This document shows, piece by piece, positions 57,813-63,741 of a DNA stretch of 63,741 bases; position 1 is the first letter of the stretch; each line of letters opens with the position of its first letter. A program made the position numbers and the translations under genes. A model generated the notes under the pieces. It was not told where the DNA came from. It searched no databases and saw only the letters and a program-made list of their open reading frames with translations. This DNA comes from an uncultured virus (IMG/VR IMGVR_UViG_3300025669_002088) (taxonomy: Duplodnaviria > Heunggongvirae > Uroviricota > Caudoviricetes), in IMG/VR virus record IMGVR_UViG_3300025669_002088, positions 62,001 through 125,741 of that record, one strand, 5' to 3'.

Positions 57813-57926
57813 GGGGGAACCCCCTTACAAGGGGCGGGCAATAGAGAAGCTATGGAAAACCTGAGTTGAGACGTTGTTAAACTGACAGATCGCTGTGATC
57901 AAAGGGGGCTTTCAGAGGTACAGGAT

Positions 57927-58580
57927 CTAGCCTTTTACACCGAAGAACGATCGTCCGTTGGTGCTGGTGCCCGTGAGGGACTCCGCTACCTTATCCAGGT
58001 TCGGATAGGTCACCCCCCTACACTCGAAACCCTCTTCCTTCACCAGCACCTTGATCATGCTTCCCCCGTAGCGCCTCTCGATAACGGTGCCCACAGCGAT
58101 CACCTTGGGGTCTCGCTTCTTCGGCTTGGGTTTCGGGGGTGCAACTTCGGCGGGAGTACCTTCCTCGGGGAGGATCTCCGGGACAGGCTCTGCAGGGGTC
58201 TCTGTAGGGGTAGGGGATGCCTCAGAGGCGTTTTCGTCCGAGAGCAGCATGGGAGTGGGGGTGGCGTTGATTTCGGCCACGTCGGCGTCCGTGGGGCTGT
58301 CCACAGGTACCGGGATGTTGCTGGGTCGTTCCGCCTTGATGATTTCCGAGAAGGAGAGCCTTCGGGGAGGGCGAAGTATCACGTCCCCGTACATCAGAGC
58401 ACCGATACGAAGTACCCCAGCCAGCGTGTTGATCTTTTCGACTGTCCCAGCGGAAAAGGCGGACACCGGATCCCAATAGGAGATGGAATCCCCTACCCTG
58501 ATGTTTGTAGGGTCACCCTCGGCGGGCGCTGGCCGTTTGCCCTTGCCCTTCCTACGGTAGATCAGTGTGAATGCCATCAA
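57927..58580 (-). CDS. Hypothetical protein with a DUF2924-like C-terminus
   Basis: GTVIERRYGG..VLV..GFECRGVTY..L..VA..LTGT..NGRSFFG. Confidence 0.6.
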   Translation of the reverse strand: MMAFTLIYRRKGKGKRPAPAEGDPTNIRVGDSISYWDPVSAFSAGTVEKINTLAGVLRIGALMYGDVILRPPRRLSFSEIIKAERPSNIPVPVDSPTDADVAEINATPTPMLLSDENASEASPTPTETPAEPVPEILPEEGTPAEVAPPKPKPKKRDPKVIAVGTVIERRYGGSMIKVLVKEEGFECRGVTYPNLDKVAESLTGTSTNGRSFFGVKG

Positions 58581-59489
58581 CTACTCCCCCTCCGACACGT
58601 TCTCACAATACGTACCACCGAGACCCCCGTTATTATTACTAATTATTTTGGGGTAGCCCGTGTCGTTGTCAACGATCACTTGAAGGGCATAACGTACCCC
58701 AGACATATAGCTCTGATCCAAAGTCGTCGTTTGCTTATCCATACCGAATGGGACATCGGGAACCTCCACTGTGATCTCGGTCGTCTGGGAGACACCGGCC
58801 TCGTATGTTAAAAACACCATTAGAACGTAGGCGAAACCATAACCCTGTGGTGGTGGCGGAGGAGGTACCACCTTGGAAATATCCAACGTCACGATCCACG
58901 CCCCGTCCTCATCTGTCATTGATGTGATCTCAGGAATGAGTTCGTCAGCAAGGTTGTAACACAGAGATTCAGCATCTGACGCCACAAAACAACCAGTAGC
59001 AAGCGGGTTGAAAAACCAGATGGATGTCTCGTGGTTACATGCAAACGCTGATATGGGTCCGGGGTATTTCAGAGCCATCGTAAGCCCACCGAATGACCCC
59101 ACCGTCTTGAAGGTCACTCGAATAAGGGGTTTTTCAGGTTCCGTCGTATCCGCATCAAAGATGTCGAAATCCGTGTCCTCCCCGACCGGCGTGTCAGAAC
59201 TCTCTACGTCCAGATCTTCGGTGTCATCCCCGGTCTCGGCATCCTGCAAATCAGCATCTCCAGTTTCGTCAGAGACCCTGTCAAACACCGTATCCTCTCC
59301 CGGCAGGAAGGTGTCCTCCCCAGGTTCCACATCCTCAATCGGGACGTCCTCCCTAGTGATGGTGTCCTCACCACCTCCTTGGTACTCGTCGCCTTCTACC
59401 CACATGGTAGGATCCTCGATGTCAAAGCCGGTTCCGCAACCTGTCAACCCTACCGCCAAAGCCACCAGCAACCCGATGATGTGTCTCAT
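58581..59489 (-). CDS. Acidic putative lipoprotein
   Basis: Lipobox LTGC followed by a D/E/T-rich linker. Confidence 0.7.
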   Translation of the reverse strand: MRHIIGLLVALAVGLTGCGTGFDIEDPTMWVEGDEYQGGGEDTITREDVPIEDVEPGEDTFLPGEDTVFDRVSDETGDADLQDAETGDDTEDLDVESSDTPVGEDTDFDIFDADTTEPEKPLIRVTFKTVGSFGGLTMALKYPGPISAFACNHETSIWFFNPLATGCFVASDAESLCYNLADELIPEITSMTDEDGAWIVTLDISKVVPPPPPPQGYGFAYVLMVFLTYEAGVSQTTEITVEVPDVPFGMDKQTTTLDQSYMSGVRYALQVIVDNDTGYPKIISNNNGGLGGTYCENVSEGE

Positions 59490-59498
59490 TGCTCCCTC

Positions 59499-60128
59499 CT
59501 AGAAAACGATGTCGATGTCATAGTCCCGAGCGAAGTCCACGGCGTCCGTGGGGTCGAGCACCATCAGCTCGTCATCACTCGCATCCCGAGCCGAGTATCC
59601 CGTGATGGTCAGACCCTGTCGCAGGATCTTCATTGTTGCGATCAGGCTGTATGGAGCACCCAGGGCCTGCTGTGCCGTGCTGAACACCCTGGGAGCCACC
59701 ACAGGGGCGGGCGGTGGTGTCACCGGAGCGGGAGCCACCGGGGGCTGGGTGAGTACCGAGGTCGGAGCCGAACTCACCGCCTTGGCGGTCGGGAACGTTG
59801 CTACCGGGTTCCCCGTGACCTTGGCGAAGTTGACTGCGCTCATCCGTACATAGGGGGTATGGGCGTAAACGTACCCCTCGGAAGTCTTGTCCGCCACCCG
59901 CTGCCGCAACTTGTCCCAGTCGATGAGCCGGTACTGCGGGGAAGAGCCGATGGCCCCGTACCCGATCTCGACCGCCTCGTTGATGCCCCGCCCCGTGGCG
60001 AACCAGTACTTGGAGGATACGCCGCTGGCGTTGGCCAGATTTGCCCCGACAAACTCCAGGCGGATTGTCCACGGGCGTCCCCGCCCTGCGATCTGCTCCG
60101 CTTCCTGCAACGTCAACTTGGCCATCAC
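59499..60128 (-). CDS. WGR-like domain protein
   Basis: IRLEF...SSKYW...VEIGYGAIGS...KTSEGY. Confidence 0.55.
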   Translation of the reverse strand: MMAKLTLQEAEQIAGRGRPWTIRLEFVGANLANASGVSSKYWFATGRGINEAVEIGYGAIGSSPQYRLIDWDKLRQRVADKTSEGYVYAHTPYVRMSAVNFAKVTGNPVATFPTAKAVSSAPTSVLTQPPVAPAPVTPPPAPVVAPRVFSTAQQALGAPYSLIATMKILRQGLTITGYSARDASDDELMVLDPTDAVDFARDYDIDIVF

Positions 60129-60163
60129 GTTTCTCCTACGGGGTCATTTGCCCCTCACACTGT

Positions 60164-60191
60164 CTACTCTGGTCCCGGCGACGATGATCCC
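60164..60191 (-). promoter_or_regulatory. Bipartite promoter-like motif, copy 6
   Basis: GGGATCATC-N13-GAGTAG upstream of the WGR-like gene. Confidence 0.8.
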
Positions 60192-60229
60192 ACAATGATC
60201 CTACCATCCTTAAAAGAGAGCGCCAGCGT

Positions 60230-60257
60230 GGGATCATCTGACCGACCCTCAGAGTAG
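60230..60257 (+). promoter_or_regulatory. Bipartite promoter-like motif, copy 7 (divergent from copy 6)
   Basis: GGGATCATC-N13-GAGTAG. Confidence 0.8.
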
Positions 60258-60296
60258 CTAATGTGAGGGGAAAGGACCCTGATCAAGGAGCACCCA

Positions 60297-60635
60297 ATGA
60301 GCATCGACACCGCCAACGTCCACAGTATGTACCGGGGAAACAACCCAAACCCCAAGATCGGAATGGGGGCCACCATGATCATAGGGTCCGACCGTGAGCC
60401 CTACACAGTGGTCGAGGTCAGTCCGAATGGCAGGCGCTGCGTGGTGCAGGCCGACCGATCCATCCGCACTGACGACAACGGGATGTCCGACTGCCAGGAC
60501 TACGACTACGAGCCGAATCATGAGGGCCGCAAGGTCACTCTGAGTCGCCGCAAGAACGGCGACTGGCGACAGGTCGGCGGCACCCAGCTCTTCTACATTG
60601 GGTACCGGAGCCGGTTCTTCGACTACAGCTTTTAG
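60297..60635 (+). CDS. Conserved-looking small phage protein
   Basis: AAGGAG RBS; GMGAT..SDR.PYTV...YIGYR..FFDYSF. Confidence 0.7.
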   Translation: MSIDTANVHSMYRGNNPNPKIGMGATMIIGSDREPYTVVEVSPNGRRCVVQADRSIRTDDNGMSDCQDYDYEPNHEGRKVTLSRRKNGDWRQVGGTQLFYIGYRSRFFDYSF

Positions 60636-60645
60636 GAGGTCTGAG

Positions 60646-61653
60646 ATGGACTCCACCCTTTCCCACCACGTTCTCGCACAGGTCACGGCTTCACACTGCT
60701 GCGTGTGCCGTGCCCACCTGACCGACGCTGAATCGGTAGAACGGGGCATCGGACCCGTGTGTAGTCGCAGATACTACGACCCCGTTCACGTTCCGACCGA
60801 GGCACAGGTGATGGACACTCTCGGCCTGCTCGCCGTGTCCAACCTGCCGGACCACCTCATCGATGCCTTCCTGACCCTGGTGAACAACGATCACACCAAC
60901 GCCCGCAAAGCCAGCAACCTCCTGGTCTACTGGGCGTCAGCCCACTACGCCGACCGGGACGAGGTCTTCAAGTGCTGCGCCCTGATCCGGTCCCTCGGGT
61001 ACACGGAACTGGCAGACAAGCTGGAGGTGGATCGTACCGAGGCGATGATCCTAGACAAAGGGGACCATCTCGAAGCGTTCATCTCGGACAAGGGCAAAAT
61101 CCGCAGGGATATGAGTTTCATCGAGGGAGCCAAACACCTGATCGATGAGGAAATCGGTCTGATCGGGAACGTCACCAAGACCCGGATCAAGCGGGGCCAC
61201 AAAGTCGGCTGGTGGGTACCCAAATCCGAGGAGGAGCACTTCCTGTGTGTCCTGGGTGTCAATATGCCCCGGTCCCTGGTGTGCGGAACGAAGGGCCTCT
61301 ACGAAGTCCCCTACCGCCGCTGGTCCGACCTCATGAAGTTCCGGCACAAAACCAAACCCGCTGACCCGAAACCCCGCCTACCCGTTCAGTTGGAAATGAA
61401 TCTGCTCAAGGTCATCCTGGCATGGGATCCGGTCTTCGTAACCGAGGGAACGGATGGGAAATTGCGAATAGTGACACCTTACAACGACTCCTTCATTGCC
61501 CAGCTCAAACTCCAGGTTCCCTATCGCCATCGGGCTTGGGAACGAACACAGCGGTACTGGGAGGTGTCTGCCATCTACAAAGACATTGTGCTAAAGATAA
61601 TTAAAGAGAGCTACGGGGTGGCCACTCCCGTATCGAGCGCGACCACCCCGTAG
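60646..61653 (+). CDS. DUF6011-like zinc finger protein with a HARP-like C-terminus
   Basis: CCVCRAHLTDAESVERGIGPVC; TPYNDSFIAQLK..VP..RAW....W. Confidence 0.7.
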   Translation: MDSTLSHHVLAQVTASHCCVCRAHLTDAESVERGIGPVCSRRYYDPVHVPTEAQVMDTLGLLAVSNLPDHLIDAFLTLVNNDHTNARKASNLLVYWASAHYADRDEVFKCCALIRSLGYTELADKLEVDRTEAMILDKGDHLEAFISDKGKIRRDMSFIEGAKHLIDEEIGLIGNVTKTRIKRGHKVGWWVPKSEEEHFLCVLGVNMPRSLVCGTKGLYEVPYRRWSDLMKFRHKTKPADPKPRLPVQLEMNLLKVILAWDPVFVTEGTDGKLRIVTPYNDSFIAQLKLQVPYRHRAWERTQRYWEVSAIYKDIVLKIIKESYGVATPVSSATTP

Positions 61654-61704
61654 CATATCAAGGAAAAGGACTTACCCGCCTCCAGGTTCGTCCCTGTAGT
61701 TCCG

Positions 61705-62430
61705 TCAGGCCGACTCGACCTTAGAGGCCCCCGCAGACAAGTGTTTGAAACCCAACTCCCACATTGCCGGAGCAGCCAAGCCGCCTCCAATACCCTGCGT
61801 GAGAGCCACGACCCAGGACTGGCCACCAGCCAATACCAGTCCGACCGCTGTCAGGCACCCCAATATAACAGTCACCCACGGGACAGCCTTCTTCGGGATC
61901 TTCGCCAGAATCTTGATCCGCCGCAGAAACCAGACGACCAGCATCAGGATGAAGCCGATAAATGCCGTCCAAGCACCGTGCGCTGCCAAATCAATTGCCG
62001 TCCCGATAGCTTCCCCCGCTTCCGCATCGGTCTCGGGAGGTACGACGATCTCCGCCGATGCTTCCTTCTCTTCTGCTGCGGGTGCTTCCTCTTCAGCCAC
62101 AAGGACGATCTCAGAGGTTTCCTCCGCCATTACGGGGGCTTCCTCCGGGGTCTCCTCTGCGGATGCTTCCTCCTCGGCTACCTGAGCAGCCTCAGGGGTT
62201 TCCTCGACCACCACCAAAACCGGAGCCTCCTCTGCAATAGGAGCCTCCTCAATCACGGGGACATCGACAGGAGCAACCTCATGGGCAGCTTCCGCCGGAG
62301 TTGCGGGCGCATTCTCTGCAATCTCCGCCGCCGGAACCGGAAGTTCCTCAACGGAAGGTGCCTGACCCATGAGTACCATGGAGCCAAAACAGATGAGAGC
62401 AAAAAGCGCCAGTTTCCGAACGTTGCTCAT
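61705..62430 (-). CDS. Membrane protein: signal peptide, acidic linker, 3-TM holin-like C-terminus
   Basis: Hydrophobic segments and an E/A/P-rich linker. Confidence 0.65.
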   Translation of the reverse strand: MSNVRKLALFALICFGSMVLMGQAPSVEELPVPAAEIAENAPATPAEAAHEVAPVDVPVIEEAPIAEEAPVLVVVEETPEAAQVAEEEASAEETPEEAPVMAEETSEIVLVAEEEAPAAEEKEASAEIVVPPETDAEAGEAIGTAIDLAAHGAWTAFIGFILMLVVWFLRRIKILAKIPKKAVPWVTVILGCLTAVGLVLAGGQSWVVALTQGIGGGLAAPAMWELGFKHLSAGASKVESA

Positions 62431-62465
62431 TTTCTATCCTCCTTCAAAGACAGTGCTCAACACTG

Positions 62466-63656
62466 TCAGACATAAACAAGACCCCCAAAGCGCCACAAAA
62501 CTTGGGATTTGTTATACGAAACAGGAAAGTTACTGTCCCAATTCGTTCGTAAAGTAAGGGTAGTCTTCTTTAGACTCCTTATGGACCCAACAACTACACC
62601 ACGAGTACGATGACGAGCCTTCACCAAATCCCAATGTCTAAAACCCCGAAACTCAAAACGCTTTTTCGTGGGATTGTTTTCCCATACCTTCGTTCTCTTC
62701 GGGATAACCAAAAAAGACCTTAGACACAAGTAGGGCTTGCAGCCCCGACAAACCATAGCAACGGCATCTAAGTCATGTGCTTTCTCCAACTCAAGACATT
62801 TCCGCCACTTGGCAGTCATCCACCCGAAACAAACCTCGATTCTTAAGCCAATCCCATGAAGAAGCTCCCTCAGGTAATTCTTACCTGCTTGTAGATGAGC
62901 AGGATACCTAAAAGGACGAGGCTTCTTTGTCAGCACCCACAATCCTTCATGAAGATCCGCATGACATGTCCCACAAAGAGTAAGCCCATTTTGAGGGGAA
63001 TCCCCACCACCTCGACTCTTAAACTGAATGTGGTGGGCTTGAAGGCGATCAGAGGTACCACAATGTTGACACTTGTATTTGTCTCGCCACAGCACCTTAG
63101 CTCGAAAACCCCCCTTACTGTATTCAGATTTCTGAAATTCTGCCCCTGTCAATTTTCGTCCTGCAACCAAACTACTTGTGTCAAACTGACCTTCTTCAAT
63201 CGTAGCCTCGATGATGTTCAACCTCTTTTTGAGATCGACAAGCACTCTCAAAATGGATTCTTTCTTCTGTCGGATCGTTGGGGGCAGAAAGCCCCTTCTA
63301 CCCCTGTTCCTGAATCTCGGTGCCCGAAAGCGTAACCGACTTCTCCTCGTTCGTCGATACGCTGCCCGTTGTGTCATTTTCCTCGAAACGTCTTGTCTCA
63401 AACGAATTGTGCCTCGGAAAACAACTTCTTTCTGATGCCTGTTTACAACTGCAATACCAACGTGTTTCGCTCCATCATCGATACCAACAGTGAAGGCTCC
63501 AACAGGATTCTCAACAACACGGCTCAATTGAATCGTAAACGGCACCACTTGGTGTACCTGGGCACGACCAGCTCGCAACAATTTTCTAGAGCGTGCTGGG
63601 TGAGTGGGAAGTAGCTGCTTCCCGTCAGCGTCAATCACAAAGATTTTCTGTGTCAT
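62466..63656 (-). CDS. iscB: IscB, copy 3 (more diverged)
   Basis: Same motif set as copies 1 and 2. Confidence 0.92.
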   Translation of the reverse strand: MTQKIFVIDADGKQLLPTHPARSRKLLRAGRAQVHQVVPFTIQLSRVVENPVGAFTVGIDDGAKHVGIAVVNRHQKEVVFRGTIRLRQDVSRKMTQRAAYRRTRRSRLRFRAPRFRNRGRRGFLPPTIRQKKESILRVLVDLKKRLNIIEATIEEGQFDTSSLVAGRKLTGAEFQKSEYSKGGFRAKVLWRDKYKCQHCGTSDRLQAHHIQFKSRGGGDSPQNGLTLCGTCHADLHEGLWVLTKKPRPFRYPAHLQAGKNYLRELLHGIGLRIEVCFGWMTAKWRKCLELEKAHDLDAVAMVCRGCKPYLCLRSFLVIPKRTKVWENNPTKKRFEFRGFRHWDLVKARHRTRGVVVGSIRSLKKTTLTLRTNWDSNFPVSYNKSQVLWRFGGLVYV

Positions 63657-63741
63657 TTAAGACACCTCCCGAAGGGAAATTGTTGTCCTCGGCAAAGTTT
63701 CCGGGCCTCTGGTTGTATCGAAGATGTTACCAACCATTTCA
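63657..63741 (-). ncRNA. 3' part of omegaRNA, copy 3 (truncated by the window edge)
   Basis: Identical to the 3' 85 nt of copies 1 and 2. Confidence 0.85.

Noticed and set aside
1..63741. Stop-codon reassignment suggested by a phage release factor
   Set aside because: TAA, TAG and TGA all end genes at coupled overlaps, and 4-kb ORFs are open in the standard code.

Overview
A 63.7-kb segment that looks like a large (jumbo-type) dsDNA phage genome read in the standard code. It has dense, translationally coupled operons and a replication module: family A DNA polymerase, DnaB-like helicase, DnaC-like loader, SNF2 helicase, CHC2 zinc finger and DEDDh exonuclease. It also has nucleotide kinases and a heavy mobile-element load (5 inteins, 1 free-standing LAGLIDADG, 2 TnpB, 3 IscB+omegaRNA, no transposase). 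Four observations stand out. (1) A 9-kb operon in which a beta-class DNA methyltransferase is split into three kinds of separate genes: six DPPY catalytic modules, six TRD-region modules and one SAM-binding module whose own DPPY is lost. This suggests a mix-and-match methyltransferase. (2) A domain-1-less, RF1-type (PxT) release factor that needs an RF2-style AGGAGG-N3-CTT-TGA-C +1 frameshift at a non-canonical position. (3) An IscB element bounded by terminal inverted repeats and an 8-bp target-site duplication, unlike IS200/IS605 elements. (4) A seven-copy bipartite promoter-like motif, GRGATCATC-N13-GAGTAG, preceding among others a PARP-like transferase, an ADP-ribosylhydrolase operon and a WGR-like protein. 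All family calls come from motif recognition by eye; no database searches were run.
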